The notes beneath the pieces were generated by a model. The model saw only the letters and a program-made list of their open reading frames with translations, made no database searches and was not told the DNA's origin. DNA of 64,000 bases from Actinomycetes bacterium (lineage in GTDB: Bacteria > Actinomycetota > Acidimicrobiia > Acidimicrobiales > Bog-793). The DNA is taken from assembly GCA_021798985.1 (NCBI GenBank), contig JAJZBI010000006.1, forward strand, positions 74,716 to 138,715. Reading direction: 5' to 3'. The position numbers and the translations under genes were made by a program. Positions 44,454-52,677 of the stretch are shown one piece after another; the first letter of the stretch is position 1, and the number at the start of each line of letters is the position of its first letter.

Positions 44454-45250
44454 AATTAGTGGTGAGTTGGCCGCGACGCGTGGGCAAGCGCGAACGCGCC
44501 ATGCTGGTGCGCACAACCTCCGCACCACCGGGTAGGTCCGTCCTGGTTGCTCGTTCGAAGGCGAGGAAGGAGAGCGGTCCGCTTTGGCGGCCGCCTCGAC
44601 CTCCGGATCTTCCCGCTGGACGCGCCGCCCGGAGGTGGGTGCGCGAGGCCGAGCCACGGACGGGCGTCCTCTCGGCGGCGACGGTTCAAGGGCCGGAGCC
44701 CGGTCGTCGTGAACGATGGGCAGCCCGGTTTGTCAACGGCGCGCGGCCCTGCTGGCGACTGGTCGGCCGTCCGAAGGGGTCGTAACTGCGGTGTGCCCCT
44801 CGCCGGTCGCGGTCGGGGGCCACGCTGGCGAGGCGGCGCCCACCCCGAGGTGACGGCAGCGTCAGCGGTCCGGTGGTCATGGTGAGGGCTTGCCTGGCTT
44901 CAATCATTCCGGCCTCTCGCATCGGCTCGGTGCGGTGAGCGCCACCCAGGTTGCCGAGCCAGAAGACCGACGCGTGGCCGTCGCTCGGCGTCCGTGGCAT
45001 CTCGCGAGGTCGACCGGGCGCTCCGAGCCAGCGAGTCCAGGACCGCGGTCGGTGCGGCCCTCCCGGCAGGACCGAGCGGCGCGAGCGCGAAGCAGCACGA
45101 GCTGTGGGGCCGGCGACCGCTCGGGTGGTCAGCGTGGCGCTTGTGTTGAAGTGTGCTCGGCGGGGGCCGGGCGAGCTGGTCCGGCCGGATCGTCCCGGGC
45201 GCAGGGATGGGCGGGGGAACTCACCGGCGTCGGCGCGCAAGACTGAGGGC

Positions 45251-46204
45251 GTGACGCCCCGACGCAGTACCACTTCACGCGCTCGCACCACGGACTCGGT
45301 TGAAGCTTCGCGTGGGGCGAGCAGGGCGCGCCGCCCGGCCACGGCTGAGCCGTCCGCGGCGCGGGGGGCCGTTACGGCCCCCAGGGCGCGCCGGGTGCCC
45401 GAGACCGCAACCGCAGCGACGGCTGACTCACCGGGTGGCGCGCGCGTCTCGCCCAAGGTCAAGGCGACGGGCCGTTCGGTGCGCCCTGGCGCTGGCGCGT
45501 CGCCACGACGCGAGTCCAAGGCCGCCAAGGTGGCACGCGCGGCCGAGATCGTCGAGCGGCTGGCCGGCGCCTATCCCGGCAGCGCGACCGAGCTGTGCGC
45601 CCTCGTGCACGACGATCCCTTCGAGCTGTTGGTGGCGACGATCCTGTCGGCCCAGTGCACCGACGAGCGGGTCAACCTGGTCGCGCCATCGGTCTTCGCT
45701 CGCTACCCGACACCTGAGGACCTGGCGGGGGCCGAGCCGAGCGAGCTCGAAGCGCTCATCCGCTCGACGGGGTTCTTTCGCGCCAAGACCCAGAGCCTTC
45801 TCGGCATGGCAAAGGCGGTGACCGAGCGCTTCGAGGGGGAGATCCCGCGGGCGCTCGAGGACCTCGTGACCCTCCCCGGGGTCGGGCGCAAGACCGGCAA
45901 CGTCGTGCGCAGTGTTGCCTTCTCGCTGCCCGGGCTGCCGGTCGACACCCACGTGCTGCGCGTGAGCCGCCGCCTCGGACTCACCGCCGAGACCGATCCC
46001 GTCAAGGTCGAGGCTGACCTGTGCGCGCTCGTCCCCGAGCAGGAGTGGGGGGCGCTCAGCCTGCGACTGATCCTGCACGGCCGACAGGTCTGCGTGGCGC
46101 GGACTCCGCGCTGTGCGATCTGCATCCTCGCGGATCGCTGCCCCTCCGCTCAGCCCGCTCCAGAGCCGAAGGCCCCTCGCCCGCGCGCCCGCACCGCGCG
46201 CTGA
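45251..46204 (+). CDS. nth: Endonuclease III (Nth) with a basic N-terminal tail
   Basis: FELLVATILSAQCTDERVN, the HhH-GPD motif LPGVGRKTGNVV, and the C-terminal Fe-S cluster C-x6-C-x2-C-x5-C (CVARTPRCAICILADRC). GTG 45251 follows GAGGG. The upstream part of the 417-aa ORF is not protein-like. Confidence 0.85.
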   Translation: MTPRRSTTSRARTTDSVEASRGASRARRPATAEPSAARGAVTAPRARRVPETATAATADSPGGARVSPKVKATGRSVRPGAGASPRRESKAAKVARAAEIVERLAGAYPGSATELCALVHDDPFELLVATILSAQCTDERVNLVAPSVFARYPTPEDLAGAEPSELEALIRSTGFFRAKTQSLLGMAKAVTERFEGEIPRALEDLVTLPGVGRKTGNVVRSVAFSLPGLPVDTHVLRVSRRLGLTAETDPVKVEADLCALVPEQEWGALSLRLILHGRQVCVARTPRCAICILADRCPSAQPAPEPKAPRPRARTAR

Positions 46205-46239
46205 GCCGACCAGGGGAGCAGCCCCGGTCGCTGCCTCAG
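46201..46239. terminator. GC-rich hairpin spanning both stop codons of convergent genes (candidate bidirectional terminator)
   Basis: CTGAG-c-CGACC(a)GGGG-agcag-CCCCGGTCG-ctgc-CTCAG. There is no T-tract, which is common in high-G+C actinobacteria. Confidence 0.4.
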
Positions 46240-46424
46240 CGCGCGCCGAGCATCCGCTCGAGGCGTCGCCGGGCCGCGACGAGGGACCGCTCGACGGCGA
46301 ACAGGTCGCCGGCCATCTTCTCGTCACGGTCGCGCTGGGCCGCCTCGGCGAGGCCCGTGACCCGCTCTTCGAGCTGGGCGAGGCTGGACTGGAGCGAGGA
46401 GAGCTCGGCGCGATCGGCGGGCAT
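46236..46424 (-). CDS. Small (62 aa) coiled-coil hypothetical protein
   Basis: MPADRAELSSLQSSLAQLEERVTGLAEAAQRDRDEKMAGDLFAVERSLVAARRRLERMLGAR shows heptad-like character. AAGGATGGGG lies upstream of the ATG. The longer 137-aa ORF has a non-protein-like N-terminus. Confidence 0.35.
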   Translation of the reverse strand: MPADRAELSSLQSSLAQLEERVTGLAEAAQRDRDEKMAGDLFAVERSLVAARRRLERMLGAR

Positions 46425-46497
46425 GGCCCCATCCTTGCCCAGTTGGCGATCCTGACGCCGCACCGAGGGCGCGAGGTGGTGGTTTAGTCTCACCTGC

Positions 46498-47799
46498 ATG
46501 CTCAACTTCCTCGACCTTCGCGGCTGGCGCCCCGGCTCGCCGCTCGAGCTGCCGCGGCCCGACCTCGGGGGGGAGGGGCCGGTCGACGCCGTTCGGGCGA
46601 TCCTCGCGGAGGTGCGCAGCCGGGGCGACGCAGCGGTGCGCGAGTTCACCGAGCGCTTCGACCATGTGCGCCTCGATCAGCTGCGCGTCGAGCAGCAGGT
46701 GATCGACGCCGCGCTCGGGCGCCTGCCGAAGGAGCTCGTGGCCGCGCTGGAAGAGGCGCGTGACGCGATCGCCGCCTTCCACGCGCACCGCGGCGCCCCG
46801 CCGTCGACCTACGAGCGCGACGGGGTGGTGGTCGAGCACCTCGAGATCCCCGTCGAGCGCGCCGGCGTCTACGCGCCCGGCGGCCGGGCCAAGTACCCCT
46901 CGAGCGTCTTGATGACCGCCGTGCCTGCCAAGGTGGCCGGCGTCGGCGCCGTGGCCTGCTGCGTGCCGCCCGCCGCGGATGGCGAGCTGCCCGATGAGAT
47001 CTTGGCGGCCTGCGCGCTCGCCGAGGTCGACGAGGTCTACCGCATCGGCGGGGCCCAGGCGATCGCCGCCATGGCCTATGGCACCGAGAGCGTCGGCAAG
47101 GTCGACGTCATCGTCGGGCCCGGCAATAAGTGGGTCTCGATCGCCCAGCGCGAGGTGCGCGGGGTGGTCGGGGTTCCGGCCGCCTTCGCCGGGCCGTCCG
47201 AGGTCGTGGTGGTCGCCGACGCCTCGGTGCCCGCCGACTGGGCGGCGATCGACGTGATCGTCCAGGCCGAGCACGGTCCTGACGGCCTGGCGTGGCTGAT
47301 CACCTGGGACGAGGCCGTCGCCGAGGCCGTCTCGGCCGCGGTCGGCCGCCTGGTGGCGGCCTCGCCGCGGCGCGCCGAGACCGAGCAGACGCTCGCCGGC
47401 GGCGGCTACGCCGTGGTCGTGGATGGGCCCGAGGCGGCGATGGCGGTCGCCAACGCGATCGCGCCCGAGCACCTCGAGCTCCTGGCCGAGGACCCCGAGG
47501 GGCTGCTCGGGATGGTTCGCCACGCCGGGGCGGTCTTCATGGGCCGAAATGGCACCGCGGCGGTCGGTGACTACCTCGCCGGGCCGAGCCACGTGCTGCC
47601 GACCTTTGCCACGGCCCGCTTTTCGAGCGTGCTCGGCGTCGAGGACTTCGTCCGCCGGGTGCACGCGGTGCGCGTGAGCGACGCGGGGATGGCCCGCGTC
47701 GCTCACCACGTGGCGACGATCGCCTCGGCCGAGGGCCTGCCCGCCCACGGCGAATCCGCGCTGATGCGCGTCGACGCGGGGACCTGGAGCCGGCGATGA
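46498..47799 (+). CDS. hisD: Histidinol dehydrogenase
   Basis: Full-length match by eye to HisD (YAPGGRAKYPSSVLM, GPGNKWV, QAEHGPD, HVLPT). Confidence 0.95.
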   Translation: MLNFLDLRGWRPGSPLELPRPDLGGEGPVDAVRAILAEVRSRGDAAVREFTERFDHVRLDQLRVEQQVIDAALGRLPKELVAALEEARDAIAAFHAHRGAPPSTYERDGVVVEHLEIPVERAGVYAPGGRAKYPSSVLMTAVPAKVAGVGAVACCVPPAADGELPDEILAACALAEVDEVYRIGGAQAIAAMAYGTESVGKVDVIVGPGNKWVSIAQREVRGVVGVPAAFAGPSEVVVVADASVPADWAAIDVIVQAEHGPDGLAWLITWDEAVAEAVSAAVGRLVAASPRRAETEQTLAGGGYAVVVDGPEAAMAVANAIAPEHLELLAEDPEGLLGMVRHAGAVFMGRNGTAAVGDYLAGPSHVLPTFATARFSSVLGVEDFVRRVHAVRVSDAGMARVAHHVATIASAEGLPAHGESALMRVDAGTWSRR

Positions 47800-48908
47800 C
47801 CCTGCCGCCGCCGCGCGCCGATGTCGCCCTCATGGAGGGCTACCACTCCCCGCGTCTTGACGTGAAGGTGCGCCTCAACGTGAACGAGGCGCCCGAAGGG
47901 CCCCCGGTCGCCTTCTTGGAGGCCCTCGAACAAGAGGTGCAGCGCTCTGGGCTCAACCGCTACCCGGACCGCTCGGCGACGGCGCTGCGCGAGGCGATCG
48001 CCGCCCACCACGGGGTCCGGCGCGAGGAGGTCTTTTGCGCCAATGGCTCGAACGAGGTGCTCCAGAGCCTGCTGTTGGCCTTCGGTGGGCCGGGGCGCGC
48101 GGCGGCGGTCTTCTCGCCGACCTACGCGCTGCACTCCCACATCGCCGCGATCACCGGGACCGCGGTGTTGGAGGCCGAGCGCGACGAGGAGTTCTTGATC
48201 CACGCCGAGGCGATCGAGCAGGTGATGGCGCGCGGCGCGGCGATGCTCGCGGAGTCCGACCCGAAGGGCGCCTTCGGCACGCGCCGCGCCGTCAACCCGG
48301 TCATCACCTTTTGCTGCTCGCCGAACAACCCGACCGGTCGCCTCGAGCCCGACGACCGCCTCGACGCCGTCTTGACGCGCGCCCCGGGCCTCGTCGTCGT
48401 CGACGAGGCCTACGGCCAGTTCGCCCCGCGATCCGCGCTCGAGCGCCGCGGAGAGCACCCCGAGCTCGTGGTCGTGCGCACCTTCTCAAAGACGTGGTCG
48501 CTCGCCGGCCTGCGCCTCGGCTACGCCGTCGCCGATCCGTCGGTGATCGAGGCGATGGAGCGCGTGACGCTCCCGTACCACCTGGACACGATCAAGCAAG
48601 CTGCCGGTCGGCTCGCCCTCGACTTTGCCGGCGAGATGCAGGCACGCGTCGCCCGACTGGTTCACGAGCGCGGCCGCCTCTCCGCCGAGCTGACGGCGCT
48701 CGGCTGCTCGGTCGTCCCCTCGGACGCGAACTTCATCCTCTTCTCGCCGCCAGGTGACGCAAAGGCGGTCTGGTCGACCCTCGTCGAGCACTCCGTGCTC
48801 GTGCGCGACGTCTCCTCCTGGCCCCGTCTGGCGGGCTATCTGCGGGTGACGGTCGGCACCCCCGAGGAGGACGACGCGTTCTTGGCGGGCCTGCGCGCCG
48901 CGCTGTGA
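47796..48908 (+). CDS. hisC: Histidinol-phosphate aminotransferase
   Basis: LNVNEAP, YPD, NPNNPTG-like CSPNNPTGR, and RTFSKTWSLAGLRLGY (PLP Lys). ATGA overlap with hisD. Confidence 0.93.
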   Translation: MTLPPPRADVALMEGYHSPRLDVKVRLNVNEAPEGPPVAFLEALEQEVQRSGLNRYPDRSATALREAIAAHHGVRREEVFCANGSNEVLQSLLLAFGGPGRAAAVFSPTYALHSHIAAITGTAVLEAERDEEFLIHAEAIEQVMARGAAMLAESDPKGAFGTRRAVNPVITFCCSPNNPTGRLEPDDRLDAVLTRAPGLVVVDEAYGQFAPRSALERRGEHPELVVVRTFSKTWSLAGLRLGYAVADPSVIEAMERVTLPYHLDTIKQAAGRLALDFAGEMQARVARLVHERGRLSAELTALGCSVVPSDANFILFSPPGDAKAVWSTLVEHSVLVRDVSSWPRLAGYLRVTVGTPEEDDAFLAGLRAAL

Positions 48909-48924
48909 GCCCGGGGGGCACGCC

Positions 48925-48957
48925 GCGCGCTCGGCGCCGCGGCCGCGCGCCGAGCGC
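48925..48957. other. Perfect 12-bp GC hairpin in the hisC-hisB spacer
   Basis: cgcgctcggcgc (48925-48936) and gcgccgagcgcg (48946-48957) are exact reverse complements separated by 9 nt. Confidence 0.5.
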
Positions 48958-49014
48958 GACCCGCAACGGCGCCCCGGTGTCCGACGGGGGTCGGTGCGCG
49001 TGGGAGGCTATGGC

Positions 49015-49659
49015 ATGACGACGACGAGCCCCGTGCAGTCCGGAGTCGACGAGGAGGCGCCGGGTGGCGTCACCCGGGTCGCCGAGCGGCACCGTGCGAC
49101 CAAAGAGAGCGACGTCGCGATCCGCCTCGATCTCGCCGGTGGGGACGTCGAGGTGGCGACGGGCTTGCCCTTTTTCGACCACATGCTCCACCAGCTTGGG
49201 CGGCACGGCGGCTTCGGCTTGTACGTGCGCACGAGCGGGGACCTTGCCGTCGACGCCCACCACAGCGTCGAGGACACCGGCATCGCGCTCGGTGAGTGCC
49301 TTGCCGCGGCGCTCGGCGACAAGGCCGGGGTGCGGCGCTTCGCCTCGATCGCCGTGCCGCTCGACGAGGCGTTGATCGAGGTCGCGCTCGACCTGTCCGG
49401 CCGGCCGTACCTGTACTACGGCGTGGCGCTGCCGGCCGACGCGGCACCCCTTGGGACGCCGGGCTTCGAGCCCCAGCTTGCCGAGGAGTTCTGGCGGGCC
49501 TTTGTCACGAGCGCCCAGGTCACCTTGCACCTTGAGTCGCGCCGCGGCCGCAACAGTCACCATCTGATCGAGGCGTCCTTCAAGGCCGTCGCCCGCGCGC
49601 TGCGGGACGCGGTGCGCGTCGAGGGGGCGGCGATCCCCTCGACCAAGGGGGTGCTCTAA
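49015..49659 (+). CDS. hisB: Imidazoleglycerol-phosphate dehydratase
   Basis: RATKESDVAIRLDL, FFDHML, DAHHSVEDTGIALG and NSHHLIEASFKA motifs. ATG 49015 follows GGGAGG. Confidence 0.93.
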   Translation: MTTTSPVQSGVDEEAPGGVTRVAERHRATKESDVAIRLDLAGGDVEVATGLPFFDHMLHQLGRHGGFGLYVRTSGDLAVDAHHSVEDTGIALGECLAAALGDKAGVRRFASIAVPLDEALIEVALDLSGRPYLYYGVALPADAAPLGTPGFEPQLAEEFWRAFVTSAQVTLHLESRRGRNSHHLIEASFKAVARALRDAVRVEGAAIPSTKGVL

Positions 49660-49662
49660 GGC

Positions 49663-50334
49663 GTGATCGCCGTCTTGGACTACGGCATCGGCAACCTGCG
49701 CTCGGCGGAGAAGGCGCTCCAGCACGTCGGCGGCGACGCCCGCCTGATCACCGCCAGCGAGGAGGCGATCGGCGCCGAGGGGATCGTCCTTCCGGGCGTC
49801 GGCGCCTTCGGCGCCTGCGCCGAGGCGCTCGCCGGTAGCGGCCTCGAGCCGGTGGTGCGCGCCGCAATCGGTGCCGGGGTGCCCTTCCTCGGGGTGTGCG
49901 TCGGCTTCCAGCTCCTCTTCGAGGATGCCGAGGAGAGTCCGGGCACCCCGGGGCTCGGCATCTTGCAGGGGAGCGTGCGCCGCCTCTCCGGGAGCGTGAA
50001 GCTGCCCCAGATCCAGTGGAACACCCTCACGCGGACCGGCGCGCCCTCGGCGATGCTGGCGGGACTCGGCGAGGCGCCGTGGTTCTACTTCGTGCACAGC
50101 TACGCCCCCGTGCCCGCCGGCGAGGATGTCGAACACGTGGTGGCGACGTGTGACTACGGCGGCGAGGTGGTCGCGGCGATGGAAAAGGGCGTCCTGTGGG
50201 GCTGTCAGTTCCACCCCGAGAAGTCCGGGGCGACCGGGCTCGCCCTGCTCGCCAACTTCGTCGCCGCCACCCGACAGGCCGCCCGGCCGCTCGAGGCGCT
50301 GGCGCTCGGCGAGGCCGCCAAGGCGGCAAAGTGA
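49663..50334 (+). CDS. hisH: Imidazole glycerol phosphate synthase, glutamine amidotransferase subunit
   Basis: IAVLDYGIGNLRS, LPGVGAFG, GVCVGFQLL (catalytic Cys) and QFHPEKS. Confidence 0.93.
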   Translation: MIAVLDYGIGNLRSAEKALQHVGGDARLITASEEAIGAEGIVLPGVGAFGACAEALAGSGLEPVVRAAIGAGVPFLGVCVGFQLLFEDAEESPGTPGLGILQGSVRRLSGSVKLPQIQWNTLTRTGAPSAMLAGLGEAPWFYFVHSYAPVPAGEDVEHVVATCDYGGEVVAAMEKGVLWGCQFHPEKSGATGLALLANFVAATRQAARPLEALALGEAAKAAK

Positions 50335-51101
50335 CGGCCGGGCGTTCCCCCCTCGCCCTCCTGCCGGCGATCGACCTTGCCGGCGGGCGCTGCGTGCGCC
50401 TCGTGCACGGGGACTTCTCCGAGGAGACCGTCTACGGCGATGCCGTCGCGGTCGCCCGCGCCTACGCGGCGGCCGGTGCGGCGGGATTGCACGTCGTGGA
50501 CCTGGACGCGGCGCGAACCGGCGAGGCAGCCAACCGCGACCTCGTTGCCGAGATCCTCTCGGCCGTGCACCTGCCCGTCCAGCTCGGCGGCGGCCTGCGC
50601 GACGAGGCGGCGATCGAGGCGGCGATCACGCTCGGCGCGGCCCGCGTCGTCGTCGGCACCGCCGGGGTGGAGCATCCTGAGCTGCTCGCCGAGATGGCCG
50701 AGCGCTACCCGGGCCGGATCGTGCTCGGCCTGGACCACCGGCGCGGGGCCACCGGGCGCTCTCGGCGCGAGGTGGCGGTCCGCGGCTGGCAGGAAGGGAG
50801 CGGGATCGACCTCCTCGACGCGCTCGACGAGGTCGCCGAGGTGCCGCTCGGCGCCGTGCTCATCACCGACATCTCGGCTGATGGGACCTTGTCGGGGCCC
50901 GATCTCGAGGGCTACCGGCTCGTCCTCGCCAACAGCGCGCTGCCGATCCTCGCCTCGGGCGGGGTGGGCAGCGCTGGGGACCTCGCGGCACTGGCGGGCC
51001 TCGAACAAGCCGGGCGCGCCCTCGCCGGCGTGGTGGTCGGCAAGGCGTTGTTGTCGGGGGCGATCTCGCTGGAAGAGGCGGTGGCATCGTGCGCTCGGTG
51101 A
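50331..51101 (+). CDS. hisA: ProFAR isomerase (HisA; possible PriA-type)
   Basis: [46 protein letters not shown] and VVGKAL. GTG 50331 overlaps the hisH stop (GTGA). Confidence 0.9.
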   Translation: MTAGRSPLALLPAIDLAGGRCVRLVHGDFSEETVYGDAVAVARAYAAAGAAGLHVVDLDAARTGEAANRDLVAEILSAVHLPVQLGGGLRDEAAIEAAITLGAARVVVGTAGVEHPELLAEMAERYPGRIVLGLDHRRGATGRSRREVAVRGWQEGSGIDLLDALDEVAEVPLGAVLITDISADGTLSGPDLEGYRLVLANSALPILASGGVGSAGDLAALAGLEQAGRALAGVVVGKALLSGAISLEEAVASCAR

Positions 51102-51853
51102 GGATCATCCCGTGCCTCGACGTGAACGCCGGCCGGGTGGTGAAGGGCATCAATTTCCTCGGCCTGCGCGACGCCGGGGATCCCGTCGAGCTCGCCCGGC
51201 GCTACGACCACGACGGCGCCGACGAGCTCGTCTTCTTGGACATCAGCGCCACCAACGAGGGCCGGGCGACGACCGTCGAGGTGGTGCGGCGCACGGCCGA
51301 GGAGATCTTCATCCCCCTCACCGTCGGCGGCGGGGTGCGCAGCGTGGAAGCAGCGCGGCGCCTGCTCCGGGCCGGCGCGGACAAGGTCTCGCTGAACACC
51401 GCCGCGCTCGACCAGCCGAACCTCATCGAGGAGATCGCCAGCACCTTTGGCACCCAGTGCGTCGTCGTCGCGATCGACGCCCGCCGCTATCCGATGACGA
51501 GCGGCTTTGAGGTCTACACCCACGGCGGCCGGCGGCCCTTCCAGCGCGACGCCATCGAGTGGGCGGTCGAGGCCGAGCGGCGGGGCGCGGGCGAGCTGCT
51601 CGTCACCTCGATGGACCGCGACGGCACCGAGGAGGGCTATGACCTCGAGCTCGTGAAGGCGGTGACCGCCGCGGTCAACATCCCGGTCATCGCGTCTGGC
51701 GGGGTGGGCACCCTCGAGCACTTCGTCGAGGGGGCAAAGGAGGGCGCCGACGGCTTGCTGGCGGCCTCGATCTTCCACTACGGCCACCACAGCGTGGCGG
51801 AGGCGAAGGACTTCCTCGCGGCCAACGGCGTCGTCGTGCGCCCGGCGCGCTGA
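51089..51853 (+). CDS. hisF: Imidazole glycerol phosphate synthase, cyclase subunit
   Basis: [41 protein letters not shown] and ASGGVG. GTG 51098 (GTGA overlap with the hisA stop) is an alternative start. Confidence 0.93.
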   Translation: MRSVRIIPCLDVNAGRVVKGINFLGLRDAGDPVELARRYDHDGADELVFLDISATNEGRATTVEVVRRTAEEIFIPLTVGGGVRSVEAARRLLRAGADKVSLNTAALDQPNLIEEIASTFGTQCVVVAIDARRYPMTSGFEVYTHGGRRPFQRDAIEWAVEAERRGAGELLVTSMDRDGTEEGYDLELVKAVTAAVNIPVIASGGVGTLEHFVEGAKEGADGLLAASIFHYGHHSVAEAKDFLAANGVVVRPAR

Positions 51854-51886
51854 GGCCGGCCGGCGCCAACACGACGAGGGAGTACG

Positions 51887-52249
51887 GTGCAGGTCATGGC
51901 AGATCCGGGCGACCAGCCACTCGAAGTCGTCGATGACATGAAGCGGGCGATCACGATGCTGAACGATCGCCTGCTCGTGCGCGAGCCGACCGAAGAGGGC
52001 GAGCGCCGCTCGCGCTCGGGGATCTTGATCCCGGCCACCGCCCAGGTGGCGCGTCGCCTGCGCTGGGCCGACGTCGTGGCCGTGGGTCCGCACGTGCGCT
52101 CGATCAAGGCGCACGACCGCGTGCTGTTCAACCCCGAGGACTGCTTCGAGGTGGAGATGCGCAGCGAGAACTACCTGATCGTGCGCGAGCGGGACGTGCA
52201 CGCCGTGGCCGCCGAGCGGCTGGACGGCGGCACCGGGCTCTACCTGTGA
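51887..52249 (+). CDS. GroES/Cpn10-family-like small protein embedded in the his operon
   Basis: LNDRLLVREPTEEGERRSRSGILIPATA...ADVVAVGPH...HDRVLF...YLIVRERDVHAV aligns by eye with the GroES pattern (L.DRV.V...E.K.ASGI.LP..A....G.V.AVG.G...GD.V.F.....YL...E.DI.A). GTG 51887 is 5 nt after GAGGGAG, and the stop overlaps the hisI start. Confidence 0.65.
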   Translation: MQVMADPGDQPLEVVDDMKRAITMLNDRLLVREPTEEGERRSRSGILIPATAQVARRLRWADVVAVGPHVRSIKAHDRVLFNPEDCFEVEMRSENYLIVRERDVHAVAAERLDGGTGLYL

Positions 52250-52677
52250 GTGCTCCGGCGGGCCGCGAGCTCGCCGGCGCGGGCGCCGCGGCGGGCCTCA
52301 GCGCGACGGCCGCACCGCTCATGGTCGCCTCCGAGGTGCTCGAGGCGGTGCGCTACGACGACGCCGGGTTGGTGGTGGGCATCGTCCAGGAGCAGGCGAC
52401 CAATGAGGTCTTGATGGTCGCCTACCTGGACGCCGAGGCGCTGCGCCGCACGATCGCGACGGGGCGCACCTGGTTCTACAGCCGCTCGCGCCAAGAGTAC
52501 TGGTGCAAGGGCGAGACCTCTGGGAACCGCCAGTGGGTGCAGCAGATCCGCGCCGATTGCGACCGCGACGCGCTCTTGATCACCGTCACCCAAGAGGGCG
52601 ACGGCGCCTGCCACACCGGCGAGCGGAGCTGCTTTTTCACCCCTCTCGCCGCGCCGGACCCCGAGACATTGCGGTGA
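52246..52677 (+). CDS. hisI: Phosphoribosyl-AMP cyclohydrolase
   Basis: LVVGIVQE, NEVLMVAYLDAEAL, WFYSRSRQEYWCKGETSGN, DCDRDALL and CHTGERSCF. Confidence 0.9.
   Translation: MSAPAGRELAGAGAAAGLSATAAPLMVASEVLEAVRYDDAGLVVGIVQEQATNEVLMVAYLDAEALRRTIATGRTWFYSRSRQEYWCKGETSGNRQWVQQIRADCDRDALLITVTQEGDGACHTGERSCFFTPLAAPDPETLR

Noticed and set aside
44460-45250. RNase P RNA, tmRNA or SRP RNA in the ORF-poor gap
   Set aside because: I looked on both strands for the hallmark strings GAGGAAAGTCCGG and ACAGAACCCGGC (RNase P), a GGGG... 5' end plus a T-arm-like GGTTCGA(T/A)TCC (tmRNA), and GGAAGGAAGCAGC (SRP), and found none. A GGTGCGGTGAGCGCCACC stretch only superficially resembles the RNase P P12-P13 region.
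44951-45250. The N-terminal 100 codons of the 417-aa nth ORF
   Set aside because: The stretch is not protein-like, and a GTG with a GAGGG RBS at 45251 is in frame. The basic tail from 45251 was kept because similar tails occur on actinobacterial Nth proteins, from memory and not verified.
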